From Polyangia bacterium (lineage in GTDB: Bacteria > Myxococcota_A > Polyangia > JAAYKL01): 64,000 bases of DNA. Of the stretch, positions 1 through 9,613 are shown piece by piece. Location: positions 64,001 through 128,000 of the forward strand of contig JBNKCR010000017.1 of NCBI GenBank assembly GCA_050287845.1, in the 5' to 3' direction. Position 1 is the first letter of the stretch; each line of letters starts with the position of its first letter. The notes under the pieces are model-generated. The model did no database searches and had not been told where the DNA came from. It was given only the letters and a program-made list of their open reading frames with translations. The translations under genes and the position numbers were made by a program.

Positions 1-738
1 GGCATCATGAACCTGATGCTGCACGGCGTGGATAGCCCCAATCTGGATTACAAAGATACCCTTTCTAAAAGATACGATGAGCAGGAATGCTACGACGTAT
101 GCCTGGCCAATCCGCCGTTCAAGGGCAGCATTGACAAAGGCGACATCAACGAAGCACTGGCTTTAAAAACAACTAAAATAGAGCTGTTGTTTGTCAACCG
201 CATCATCAATCTGCTGCGCATCGGCGGCAGGTCGGCCGTCATTGTGCCCGACGGCGTGCTCTTTGGTTCAAGCAAGGCCCACAAGGATTTGCGCAAAATG
301 CTCATTGAAACCTGCGAGCTGCAGGGTGTAGTGTCTATGCCGTCGGGGGTGTTCAAGCCATACGCAGGTGTATCCACGGGGGTGCTGGTATTTGTAAAAG
401 GCGGCGAAACCGAAAACGTGTGGTTCTACGACATGCAGGCTGACGGCCGTTCCCTGGATGATAAGCGCGATAAAATCGACCAGAACGATATTCCCGACAT
501 CACCCAAAAATGGGCCAAACGGGATCCCAAAAAAGATACCGACCGCACAAAGAAAGCCTTCTTCGTGCCAGTGCAGGACATCATCGACAACAACTACGAT
601 CTGTCCATTAACCGGTACAAAGAAATCGAATACGAAGAAGTGGAATACGAGCCGCCCAAAGAGATTTTGAAAAAGCTACGCGCTTTGGAAAAAGAAATAT
701 CAAGCGACCTTGATGAGCTGGAGAAGATGTTGGGATGA
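1..738 (+). CDS. hsdM: Type I restriction-modification DNA methyltransferase (M subunit), 5'-truncated by the window edge
   Basis: N6-MTase catalytic motif ANPPF, VIVPDGVLFG, GVFKPYAGV and the typical helical C-terminus; stop overlaps the hsdS start (ATGA). Confidence 0.93.
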   Translation, partial: GIMNLMLHGVDSPNLDYKDTLSKRYDEQECYDVCLANPPFKGSIDKGDINEALALKTTKIELLFVNRIINLLRIGGRSAVIVPDGVLFGSSKAHKDLRKMLIETCELQGVVSMPSGVFKPYAGVSTGVLVFVKGGETENVWFYDMQADGRSLDDKRDKIDQNDIPDITQKWAKRDPKKDTDRTKKAFFVPVQDIIDNNYDLSINRYKEIEYEEVEYEPPKEILKKLRALEKEISSDLDELEKMLG

Positions 739-1916
739 GTTTTCCATCACCTGGACATTGGGAAGAGGTTCAATTTGACCAAGTTGCGCAGGTCATCACG
801 GGCTGTACACCGTCGACTAAATCGACTTCGTACTACGGTGGTGACATTCCGTTCATCGGCCCTGCTGATCTAGGAACAATGACGCCCATCTGTTCCAGCG
901 CAAAGATGCTTACTCAGGCTGGGGCTGAGAAGGCACGAATGCTGCCGGTCGGAGCGGTATTAGTCTGTTGCATTGGAGCCACAATCGGGAAAGTTGGAAT
1001 AACCGGTACTCGCTTGGCTACAAATCAGCAAATAAATGCACTCATCTTTGATGAGGATCGAGTCGTTCCCCGCTATGGGCTCCATTTCTGCCGAACTATA
1101 GAATTTGTGTTTCGCCATTTAAGTTCGTCTACGACATTACCTTTGCTACCGAAAAGTCGCTTCGCAGAAGTAAAGATCCCTCTCCCCCCACTTGCCGAAC
1201 AAAAACGCATTGCCGCCATTCTCGACAAAGCCGACGCCATTCGCAAAAAGCGCAAACAGGCCATTGAACTGACAGAACAACTCCTGCGCGCCACATTCCT
1301 GGAAATGTTTGGGGACCCGGTGACGAACCCGAAGGGGTGGGATGTGGTGGAGCTATCAAAACTTGCAATAAAAATAACAGATGGAACCCACAAAACCCCA
1401 AAATACACGGCATCTGGAATGCGATTCATAAGTGCGAAAAACATACGATCCAACGGTATTGACTGGAGCGATATCAAATATATCACGCCCGAAGAGCACG
1501 CAGAGTTATATAAAAGATGTAATCCGCAACGAGAAGATATCGTTTTGTCAAAAAGTGGCTCGATTGGCACTGCAGTGAAAATTGACGTTGATTTTGAATT
1601 TAGTCTATTCGAAAGCGCAGCTCTAATTAAACTCAAACCCAATTCCATATCAGCAGATTTTTTAACTGCATTGTTGAACACGGATGGTTTTCGGCGATTG
1701 TATATACGAAGTACGAAGGGAGTTGCTGTAAAACATCTCCACCTAAATGAAATTCGCTCTTTGCCTATCATTATTCCATCACTCAATATTCAAAAGTGTT
1801 TCGAGGATGTGTCGCAGCGGCTTGCTCATTTATCTAATAAACTTCATACAATTTGTCTCACAACAGAAGCCAATTTTTTGAGTCTCCAACAAAGGGCTTT
1901 CGCAGGTCGCATTTAA
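735..1916 (+). CDS. hsdS: Type I R-M specificity subunit (two target-recognition domains)
   Basis: Two TRDs separated by the conserved spacer PPLAEQKRIAAILDKADAIRKKR...EMFGDP..NPKGW; C-terminal SLQQRAFAG; coupled to hsdM. Confidence 0.93.
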   Translation: MSFPSPGHWEEVQFDQVAQVITGCTPSTKSTSYYGGDIPFIGPADLGTMTPICSSAKMLTQAGAEKARMLPVGAVLVCCIGATIGKVGITGTRLATNQQINALIFDEDRVVPRYGLHFCRTIEFVFRHLSSSTTLPLLPKSRFAEVKIPLPPLAEQKRIAAILDKADAIRKKRKQAIELTEQLLRATFLEMFGDPVTNPKGWDVVELSKLAIKITDGTHKTPKYTASGMRFISAKNIRSNGIDWSDIKYITPEEHAELYKRCNPQREDIVLSKSGSIGTAVKIDVDFEFSLFESAALIKLKPNSISADFLTALLNTDGFRRLYIRSTKGVAVKHLHLNEIRSLPIIIPSLNIQKCFEDVSQRLAHLSNKLHTICLTTEANFLSLQQRAFAGRI

Positions 1917-1936
1917 AATAAAAAACGAGGACAGCA

Positions 1937-3127
1937 ATGGGAATGGTCAAAAACGAATGGATGGAAGCTCAAGAGCGTGGATACTGCGATCTGGAAGGAG
2001 ATGTATGTATTCATTGTATGGATGATGAAGACCTCCGCGTTTTGCATAGGGAACATCAAACAGGTTTAGGCACCTGTGAGTTCTGTGAAAAAGAAAATGT
2101 TGAAGTAGCTCCAGCCGAAGTGATTCAGGAACGAATAATGAACACGCTTGGCAAATATTATGTTGATATCCAATACTCCGGTTCCCCTTATATTTCAAGG
2201 GAAGGTGGTTGGCTTATCTCTAACGATGACGCGTCAACGATCGTTGACAATTATTTAGCCTGCAATGTTAGTGACGAATTTTGTAACGCTGTTGTCAACG
2301 CCACCATGGACGAATTGTGGTGTGAATCGAATTGGGACATACTGTCTCCCCTGAAGAAGTTGAAATACGGATGGGAAGAATTTCGCCATATAGTGAAACA
2401 TGTTCAGCGATTTTCTTTTGCATGGTCAAACGATGGAGAAGAAGTGTGGCATCCTGACCATACCAATCCGCGCGTGACCCTGGAGAGGGTCGGCGAACTC
2501 GTCAAGAAATACAAATTGCTGAAGACAGTTCCTGCAGGTACACAAATTTGTCGTGTTCGTGTCGATAAAAATACCTTTTACTCTTCGATGCCCGACATTG
2601 GAGTACCACCATCAAGTGCATCAAACGCCAGCAGAATGAGCCCCGCTGGAATCTCCATGTTTTATGGCGCAGTCGATTTTGAAACTGCAATAAAGGAAAC
2701 ATGGGATGAACAGAATACCGCTCACTGTTCAATGGGATTATTCCGTTTAAAAAAGAACATTAGCGTGGTTGATTACAGCAGTATCCCCGTAGTACCGGGT
2801 TTCTGGAGTGACATCGAACGCCAAAAAAGAGAAGAAATATTGTTTCTTCACCAGCTGGCCGATGATTTTTCCAAACCTATTAGTCGAGGGGCGAAAGTAG
2901 ATCTGGAGTATGCACCTACCCAAATCGTCGCAGAGTTTTTAATGAAATCTCCTTTTTTACAAACTGACAGGACGAACCCAATAACGGGCCTACTTTTCAG
3001 TAGCAGCAAAACCGGAAAACAAAATTTCGTGCTAAACCTTGTGCATTCAACAGATTCAAAGCTCGGGAATAAGCAGGACGACTTTCTGGATCTCATTCAA
3101 GTGTCTACGAAAGTGCTGATACCATAG
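1937..3127 (+). CDS. RES-domain protein with Cys-rich/HEPN-RES-associated N-terminal region (putative NAD-targeting defence effector)
   Basis: RES-type motifs RMSPAGISMFYGA, ETAIKE, YAPTQIVAE, GLLFSSS; N-terminal CxxC...CxxC; RBS GAGGA; 20 bp after hsdS. Confidence 0.75.
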   Translation: MGMVKNEWMEAQERGYCDLEGDVCIHCMDDEDLRVLHREHQTGLGTCEFCEKENVEVAPAEVIQERIMNTLGKYYVDIQYSGSPYISREGGWLISNDDASTIVDNYLACNVSDEFCNAVVNATMDELWCESNWDILSPLKKLKYGWEEFRHIVKHVQRFSFAWSNDGEEVWHPDHTNPRVTLERVGELVKKYKLLKTVPAGTQICRVRVDKNTFYSSMPDIGVPPSSASNASRMSPAGISMFYGAVDFETAIKETWDEQNTAHCSMGLFRLKKNISVVDYSSIPVVPGFWSDIERQKREEILFLHQLADDFSKPISRGAKVDLEYAPTQIVAEFLMKSPFLQTDRTNPITGLLFSSSKTGKQNFVLNLVHSTDSKLGNKQDDFLDLIQVSTKVLIP

Positions 3128-3162
3128 GTGTATTCAGGTTCGCATCATCTGTAACAGTTATT

Positions 3163-4161
3163 CTATTTCAGTCCGCACCGCTCCCGCAACCTCTCAAACA
3201 GATCGGCGCTGATGAATCCAGCCTGCTTTTGCTCCAGCAAAGAATTCATGGTTTTCCGTTGTGATGGAGTCTCCGACATAGTCACTGGTGCCGTCCGCGT
3301 TTGGAACTCTATCACCGTCTGCTCTTTGTCGTCGGGAACCGCTGACACACTCAACTTAGGCAAAATCTCCTTTCTCGCCGTATGCCACCGTTCCTCTTTA
3401 ATAAGACTCCCCCACCTGGCGCACCAGTAGTTCCAGTTAATCCCCGTCGGCACTGTCCCTGGAATTCTGTTTTCAAACAGCTCATATCGCGCTCGGCTCA
3501 GCTGTGCTTTCCTCTCATGGCCTTTTTGAGCCAGCAAATATGCCAGGGTGTTAAAAATCATCTGCTTGATGTCCAGGCGTGTTGGTGGGCGGAGTGGGGT
3601 TGTGAATGGGATAGGTGCTAACTGTTCCGCGCCCGTTCGAGACGCTTCGCTCCTCAGGACAGCGGAACCTTTCGATGCTTTAACGATGGGACGTGTCGAA
3701 AATCCCTGTGGTCCCTTTGCCAAAGGGACATGTGCTGGTTGTTTTTCTTTGCTGGGGCCTGCTGAGTGCGTTTCTTTTTGCTGTGATTTTGATTTGTCGA
3801 TAGTTGGGACACCAGTTCGATTCCCGGTTTGGGAATCCAATTGCTTTTTGGCGTCATGCTTCGCAACTACCCGTTTATCAACATCGTTTCGCGTGCGCTC
3901 GGTACTCTGATTAAAAGAATCAGGTATCTTAGGTTTGTCAGTGCGACTTTTTGTCGTGGGTATACAAGTGTGGGTGTTCCCCTTTGGAATGCTCCAGATG
4001 TTCAATGCTTTTTCGGTCAATGTGCAGCTGCAAATCTGTTCGCATTTGTGGTTGTCTGGCCCCGGCTGGATGATGCGCTCCAGGTCTGCTGGTAAGATTG
4101 TTGAAAATTGGTTTGAAATCGTTTCACAATGGAATATGATGAACGAATCCGATGTGGTCAT
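3163..4161 (-). CDS. Hypothetical protein with low-complexity central region and SHOCT-like C-terminus
   Basis: 332-aa ORF filling the gap; C-terminal LLEQKQAGFISADLFERLRE resembles a SHOCT motif; no recognised family. Confidence 0.5.
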   Translation of the reverse strand: MTTSDSFIIFHCETISNQFSTILPADLERIIQPGPDNHKCEQICSCTLTEKALNIWSIPKGNTHTCIPTTKSRTDKPKIPDSFNQSTERTRNDVDKRVVAKHDAKKQLDSQTGNRTGVPTIDKSKSQQKETHSAGPSKEKQPAHVPLAKGPQGFSTRPIVKASKGSAVLRSEASRTGAEQLAPIPFTTPLRPPTRLDIKQMIFNTLAYLLAQKGHERKAQLSRARYELFENRIPGTVPTGINWNYWCARWGSLIKEERWHTARKEILPKLSVSAVPDDKEQTVIEFQTRTAPVTMSETPSQRKTMNSLLEQKQAGFISADLFERLRERCGLK

Positions 4162-4222
4162 ATGGTTTCAGAACCCCCGGATGTTGCAGCGGAAAATTTA
4201 TTGAACCGCGAAGGAAAACATT

Positions 4223-4238
4223 GTGCAACCGGTTGCAC
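4223..4238. promoter_or_regulatory. Perfect 16-bp palindrome GTGCAACCGGTTGCAC, candidate protein-binding site at the island boundary
   Basis: Read directly from the sequence; function inferred. Confidence 0.4.
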
Positions 4239-4665
4239 TTTTCAGGAAAAAACAGCCTGATTCTTGTTTTTACTATTAATTTCAACGATTTAAACAATCT
4301 GATAAAAAATTCAAAATACGATACAGTATCGGTTGAATCTCAATTGAGGCGAATTTTGAGGTGTGTTTCCGTGACGGTTCCCGCCCCATTCACGGACTCC
4401 TCAGGGTACTCGCCTTCCCGGGGATGAGTGCGGTTTGCAAATCATGTCTGTTTCCTGATAACCACCTTTGTCTCGTGATATTTTCGGGAAAATTTTATCG
4501 GTGCCTGGTGGGCAACTGATGGATGTGTATGCAGTTTTCCTTTTATTGTGGGCCCTTTTTCTTTTTTTTTTTATCACTGGATAAAATCAATGCGCTGTTG
4601 TGATTTTTCATTTACAGTGTTTCCGGTGAAATTTTGTTTCGTTTTATGAAAGGGTAAATTGCCCC

Positions 4666-6438
4666 ATGCCTACACTCAGTTGGTGGACCAAAGATGGTGG
4701 AAAGAAAGTTCAGGGTATCACCAAATCAATTACCACTATTGGATCTGCAGTTGAAAATGACATTGTTATCGGGGAAATGAAACTGGCGCCGCATCATGCG
4801 CAGCTTGTGTTTGACGGTCGGGATTTCTGTCTGGTGGATTTGTTGGGGGAGGGGGATGTTCGCCTGAATGCCCGTAAAAAGAAAAAGGCCAAAATTGTGC
4901 ACCAGGACCGGATTACCGTGGCCGATGCGGAGCTGACCTTTCATCTGATAGATGGCACCCGGGTGTCCGAAACCCGGGATGCCCGAACTGATCTGGAAGG
5001 GTTGAAAAAGCTGCAACAGTTCTCCGAAGCATTGCTGCAACGGAATTCCGTGGACGAGCTGCTCGAAGTGCTGATGGATGCCGTGATTGAACTGACCGGC
5101 GCCGCCAAGGGGTTTCTGATTCTGTTTGAGGGCGAAACCCCGCTGATCAAGGTGGCCAGGAATCTGCGGCGGGAAAATCTGGGGTCCGCCGTGTCCCAGT
5201 TGTCGGACAGTATTGTGGCGCAGGTGGTGCAGTCCAAATCCGCCATTATCGTCTCCGACGCCCAGAGCCATGCCCGATTTTCAAACGCCCAGTCCGTTAT
5301 CAACCTCAAGCTCAATTCGGTGATGTGCGCCCCCCTGTTGAACCGCGGGCAATTGCTGGGACTGATTTATGTGGGAAACGATACTGTTCGCGGATTGTTT
5401 GAAGCGGAGACCCTGGAGTTGCTTAAGGTATTCGCGTCCCAGGCGTCGTTGCTGGTCCAGAATGCGATTCTGCTGGATGAGCTCAAGTTGCGCAATGTGG
5501 CGCTGACCCGCGAACTCGACCAGCAGCGTTTCGGTGAAATCATTGGTTCCTCCGCGGCTATGGAGAAGGTGTTTAAAAAGGTTGAAAAAGTTGCTGTCGC
5601 CGATGTATCTGTGCTGGTGGGCGGGGAAACCGGTACCGGCAAGGAGTTGATTGCCAGAGAAATTCACCGTCGCAGTGGCCGATCCGCCGGTCCGTTTGTG
5701 ACGGTGAACTGCGGCGCGATTCCGGAGACACTCATGGAGTCTGAATTTTTCGGTCACGTCAAGGGGGCATTCACCGGTGCGGATGCCACCCGGGAAGGCA
5801 AATTTCAGGCGGCGGATGGCGGGACGATATTTTTGGATGAGATTGGCGAGATGCCCCTCTCGCTTCAGGTGAAACTGCTTCGGGTGCTGCAGGAGCACCA
5901 GGTGATGAAGGTGGGGGCCACCAAGACCGAAACCCTGAATATTCGGGTGGTTGCGGCAACAAATCGCGATCTGGAGGAAGAAATCCGCCTGGGCAATTTT
6001 CGCGAGGACCTGTATTATCGGTTGAATGTGATTCACATCGATTTGCCGCCGTTGCGCAACCGGGGCGAAGATGTGGTGCTGCTGGCGCGATATCTCCTCC
6101 GGAAGTACAGGGAGGAATTTGCATCCAAAGTCAAAGGCTTTACCCCGGGGGCGATGATGGCTATAAAAAAACATACTTGGCCCGGAAACGTGAGGGAGCT
6201 GGAAAATCGAATTAAAAAGGCAATTATTCTCTGTGATTCCAATATGTTGGGACAAGCGGACCTGGACCTTTCAGACGATGCACTTCCTGAAGTGCGCACC
6301 CTCTCGGAAGCCCGGGAAGAGTTTCAGCGAAAATATGTGCTTGAAGTTCTGGAAAGAAACAATGGCAATCGAACAAAAACCGCAGAAGAGCTGGATGTGG
6401 ACCCGAGAACCATCTATCGCTATCTGGAAAAGGCCTGA
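4666..6438 (+). CDS. Sigma54-dependent enhancer-binding protein, FHA-GAF-AAA+-Fis HTH
   Basis: GETGTGKE, GAFTGA, FLDEIGE, WPGNVRELEN and C-terminal HTH; N-terminal FHA-like region and GAF (SVMCAPL..RGQLLGLIY). Confidence 0.93.
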   Translation: MPTLSWWTKDGGKKVQGITKSITTIGSAVENDIVIGEMKLAPHHAQLVFDGRDFCLVDLLGEGDVRLNARKKKKAKIVHQDRITVADAELTFHLIDGTRVSETRDARTDLEGLKKLQQFSEALLQRNSVDELLEVLMDAVIELTGAAKGFLILFEGETPLIKVARNLRRENLGSAVSQLSDSIVAQVVQSKSAIIVSDAQSHARFSNAQSVINLKLNSVMCAPLLNRGQLLGLIYVGNDTVRGLFEAETLELLKVFASQASLLVQNAILLDELKLRNVALTRELDQQRFGEIIGSSAAMEKVFKKVEKVAVADVSVLVGGETGTGKELIAREIHRRSGRSAGPFVTVNCGAIPETLMESEFFGHVKGAFTGADATREGKFQAADGGTIFLDEIGEMPLSLQVKLLRVLQEHQVMKVGATKTETLNIRVVAATNRDLEEEIRLGNFREDLYYRLNVIHIDLPPLRNRGEDVVLLARYLLRKYREEFASKVKGFTPGAMMAIKKHTWPGNVRELENRIKKAIILCDSNMLGQADLDLSDDALPEVRTLSEAREEFQRKYVLEVLERNNGNRTKTAEELDVDPRTIYRYLEKA

Positions 6439-6442
6439 GCCG

Positions 6443-6961
6443 TTGCGCTGCCCAATCGGTCTTTTATGTCTGGTGCCGCTGCTGGTCTCTTCCTGTGTGG
6501 TGACCGATGAAATCGAATTTCGGGACAAAATCAACATGCCGCCCCAGCTGGTGTGGACAGAACCGGTCACCGATGTGTTGCATATGGTGGATGACGACAC
6601 CCGCCTGTCTTTCACCGTTCAGGTATGGGACCCCGATGAAAAAGACGCGGATTCATACGAAGGAATGATCACGATTATCGAAGAATCCAATCTGGTGCAG
6701 CCCAAAAAAACGTCGGACGGTTCCTGTATTGCAACGGTGGACACATCTCCCGATCCGTCAGAGTACGATGGCGGAATTCTGGTGACCTTTGATTGTTCCG
6801 CAGATTTTTCATTGAACGCCACTCCGGTGGAGACCACCCTGATTGTGGAGGTTGATGTGTCTGATGGCGGATTTCTGGGACTTCCGGACGAAGTGGCCGA
6901 AGGTGCCAACCATCTCCGGGTAACGTGGGTCTTTGAGTCCCGTCCGGCCACGGCGAAATAA
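6443..6961 (+). CDS. Putative lipoprotein (Ig-like, acidic)
   Basis: In-frame TTG at 6443 gives a hydrophobic signal ending LVSSC; lies 4 bp after the activator stop; start codon uncertain. Confidence 0.6.
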   Translation: MRCPIGLLCLVPLLVSSCVVTDEIEFRDKINMPPQLVWTEPVTDVLHMVDDDTRLSFTVQVWDPDEKDADSYEGMITIIEESNLVQPKKTSDGSCIATVDTSPDPSEYDGGILVTFDCSADFSLNATPVETTLIVEVDVSDGGFLGLPDEVAEGANHLRVTWVFESRPATAK

Positions 6962-6965
6962 GTGC

Positions 6966-8738
6966 ATGTGGAGTCTGGGTACCATGAATGCCGGAATGTC
7001 AGTTACCGCAAAAAACGTCACCGTCGTTTGGGCTGGGTTGGCGCTGATTCTCTGTGTGCCGTTGCTGTTCGCCTGCACCCCGACGGATACCACAGACCGC
7101 TTTGTGTATACCGGTTTCCGGAATACCTGCAGGACCAACAGCGATTGCGAAACCGGTACCTGTCATGCCGATCTGTCGGTTTGCGTGGTCGCGGTGCAGA
7201 GCCCCGATGCTGAACTGCTGGCCAGGGTGACGTTTGCCGCGTCAAACCTGAAACCCCAGCTGTTTTCCGTACCGGTGGTGAGCACCGAAAACTATGCCTT
7301 TGAACTCCGTAAACCCGTGGCGGTGCAGAATATGGTGCTGGATATTGATGCCGATATTCTGTTCGCCAATCTGACCGATGCACTCCCGGGGAATGACCCG
7401 GATGTCTCGGTGTACAGAACCTATCTTACCCATACCGATTTTTTCCTGTTGCCGGGCATGTACCGAATCACCATTTATCCGGTGGGGGATGATGCGAATA
7501 CGTATCCCATCACGTCGTTTTCGGATATTCGGATGGATGAAAATGGCCTGCTCTGGTCCGGGGACGACCAGGTGGATTTTGCGTCTGCCCTTGTGAACAA
7601 TACGAATGTGTTGAGCGGCAAGGTGTCCTATGCCGGCACGGTGGAAAGCAATGTTGAAGCGCGGGATTTGTCGGTTCAGGCGTTTGATCCGGTGAGCCAT
7701 CTGGCCCTCTCCCGGGGATACAAATTGATTTGCCGGCCCGGAATGAGCCCCGCCGCACCAGAGGATTGCGGCAATTTTTCCATTCCGTTGCATAAGGACA
7801 TCAGTTCGGTGGAACTCCGGTTTTTCAAGCCGGATGAACCGTTCTTTGTGGCGTACACCACGACCATCGAAGGCGTCGGTGCGAGTGCGGAGATCCGAAG
7901 CATTACCCTGAAGCCGCTGGAACAACCGGTGCTGATTCAGGGGACAATCGGTGTGAATCCCGGTGCGGGTATCCAGTCGGTACCGCCGGAATGTCACGTG
8001 TTGTTCAAGTCCGTGGAGCCCGACCGTTTTCTCGCATATTGGGCGCGTTCCAATGGCTACGGGGAGGTGGAACGGGCCGAAGATGCCCCGGGCGTGTATC
8101 TGTACCCGGGACGGTACTCGGTAACGGCATTTCCCCGCAACACGAATCTTGAGGTGTCCGCCACAGCGGCGCGCACCACTTTCTCGAAGACACTGGTGGT
8201 GACCAACACGCCCAACGATGAATCGACTGAGACCGGGTCCGATTTTGCCGTGAACGGATTTTCATTTCCGCTGCAGACGAGATTGCCCATCCAGGGAAGT
8301 GTTCTGTTCAGGGAGCAGCTGATGCCGCAGGTTCAGTTGACGGCATATAACATCAGCGGGAATCAACCGTTCAATAATGTGATTCGCGGAATCTCCGATG
8401 CGAATGGAGATTGGCGTGTCCGGATGGACAATGACGTGTATCATCTGGTGGCGATGCCGCCAGAGGAGAGCGGGTTTGCCCCGGGATTTCACGTATGGAA
8501 CATTTTAAGTTCGACGAGCTACCGGTTTGAGGCCACAGTGAAGATTCCCTTTGTCATCGGGGGAACGGTGGTCATCGATACCCGGGACGGGTTTGGGAAT
8601 ATTCAGCCCGATGACGTATCCATTGACTGGTACCAGGTATCGTCACAGTTGGCGTACCCGGTGGCCCATACGGAGGTGCAGTCGGGATTCTCGTTCACAG
8701 CGCTGTTGCCCCCCGACCGACCGACGGAGACGAAATGA
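6966..8738 (+). CDS. Putative lipoprotein with N-terminal Cys-knot and beta-sandwich repeats
   Basis: Lipobox LLFAC, CRTNSDCETGTC...C motif, repeated PGxYxV/I beta strands; start could be 6966, 6984 or 6996. Confidence 0.65.
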   Translation: MWSLGTMNAGMSVTAKNVTVVWAGLALILCVPLLFACTPTDTTDRFVYTGFRNTCRTNSDCETGTCHADLSVCVVAVQSPDAELLARVTFAASNLKPQLFSVPVVSTENYAFELRKPVAVQNMVLDIDADILFANLTDALPGNDPDVSVYRTYLTHTDFFLLPGMYRITIYPVGDDANTYPITSFSDIRMDENGLLWSGDDQVDFASALVNNTNVLSGKVSYAGTVESNVEARDLSVQAFDPVSHLALSRGYKLICRPGMSPAAPEDCGNFSIPLHKDISSVELRFFKPDEPFFVAYTTTIEGVGASAEIRSITLKPLEQPVLIQGTIGVNPGAGIQSVPPECHVLFKSVEPDRFLAYWARSNGYGEVERAEDAPGVYLYPGRYSVTAFPRNTNLEVSATAARTTFSKTLVVTNTPNDESTETGSDFAVNGFSFPLQTRLPIQGSVLFREQLMPQVQLTAYNISGNQPFNNVIRGISDANGDWRVRMDNDVYHLVAMPPEESGFAPGFHVWNILSSTSYRFEATVKIPFVIGGTVVIDTRDGFGNIQPDDVSIDWYQVSSQLAYPVAHTEVQSGFSFTALLPPDRPTETK

Positions 8739-8783
8739 AAAGAATCGCAAAATGCAGTGGCGGATGTCACTGATCGAGGCTGT

Positions 8784-9611
8784 ATGATGAACGTTTTCTT
8801 TAATATTCTGCAGATTTCACTTCCTGTCCTGTATGGGGTGAGCGCACTGTGTTATCTGTGTTATTTCTTCAGAAAAAATTCCTCTCAACGAAACATCGGA
8901 ACAAGCGTGCTGGTGACCGCCGCGGTGGCGCATATGGTGTATACCGTTGTGCTGGGCGGAACCACGGGACGTCATCCCATGGGTACGATATATGAGTTTC
9001 TGTCGTTTGTGGCCATGACCATGGGATTCATTTATCTGTTTCTCGAAATCTGGCACAGGAATGCCTACATCGGTACGTTCACGGTGCCGGCGATTTTTTT
9101 ACTGCAGTTCTGCTCCACTCTGGGAATTGAACCGTCGGTGACGCTCAAGCCCCTGTTGCACGAAACCCGGTTTGCATTGCATGCCACCACCTTTGCCGCG
9201 GCATACGCGTCTTTTTTTCTGGGAGTGATTTTTGCCCTGATGGTGCTGTTGTTTGAGCGTTCCATTCGCCGGCATCGATTCGGCATCATCTTCGAACAGT
9301 TGCCGTCCCTGGATGTGCTGGCCAGGATGACGGCGACCACACTGGTGATCGGATTTGTTTTTATGAGTATCGGGTTGAGTCTGGGTGCGTGGAACGCCCT
9401 GGAAACCAGCGCCGAGGTGGGGGTGGATGTGAAGGTGCTGCTCACGCTGCTGGTGTGGCTGCTCTATGGCGCGGCCATTGTGACGCGATTTGTTTTCCAC
9501 TGGTCTGACAAATCCCTGGCGATTTTCTGCATGTCGGGTTTTCTGCTGCTGATCGCCACCACTGTGTACACCCACGTGAGCGACGCTGGCTGGCACCATT
9601 TTGTGGGATAG
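8784..9611 (+). CDS. Cytochrome c assembly protein CcsA/HemX-like membrane protein
   Basis: About 8 TM segments, HPM..YE, conserved His (FALHA), LPSLDVL, DVKV...W.LY; directly upstream of hemA. Confidence 0.8.
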   Translation: MMNVFFNILQISLPVLYGVSALCYLCYFFRKNSSQRNIGTSVLVTAAVAHMVYTVVLGGTTGRHPMGTIYEFLSFVAMTMGFIYLFLEIWHRNAYIGTFTVPAIFLLQFCSTLGIEPSVTLKPLLHETRFALHATTFAAAYASFFLGVIFALMVLLFERSIRRHRFGIIFEQLPSLDVLARMTATTLVIGFVFMSIGLSLGAWNALETSAEVGVDVKVLLTLLVWLLYGAAIVTRFVFHWSDKSLAIFCMSGFLLLIATTVYTHVSDAGWHHFVG

Positions 9612-9613
9612 AT

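Noticed and set aside
4360..4432. Hammerhead-ribozyme-like core on the minus strand (CTGAGGAGTCCGTGA...TCACGGAAAC preceded by a hairpin)
   Set aside because: Stem II is not closed by G-C followed by GAAA, and no stem III or NUH cleavage triplet can be formed with the upstream sequence
4152..4460. tRNA, tmRNA or riboswitch at the island boundary
   Set aside because: No T-loop/CCA or recognisable riboswitch consensus on either strand; no integrase in the window to confirm an att site
6233..6442. N-terminal extension of the 6233-6961 ORF
   Set aside because: Overlaps the activator HTH coding region; TTG at 6443 gives a clean lipoprotein signal
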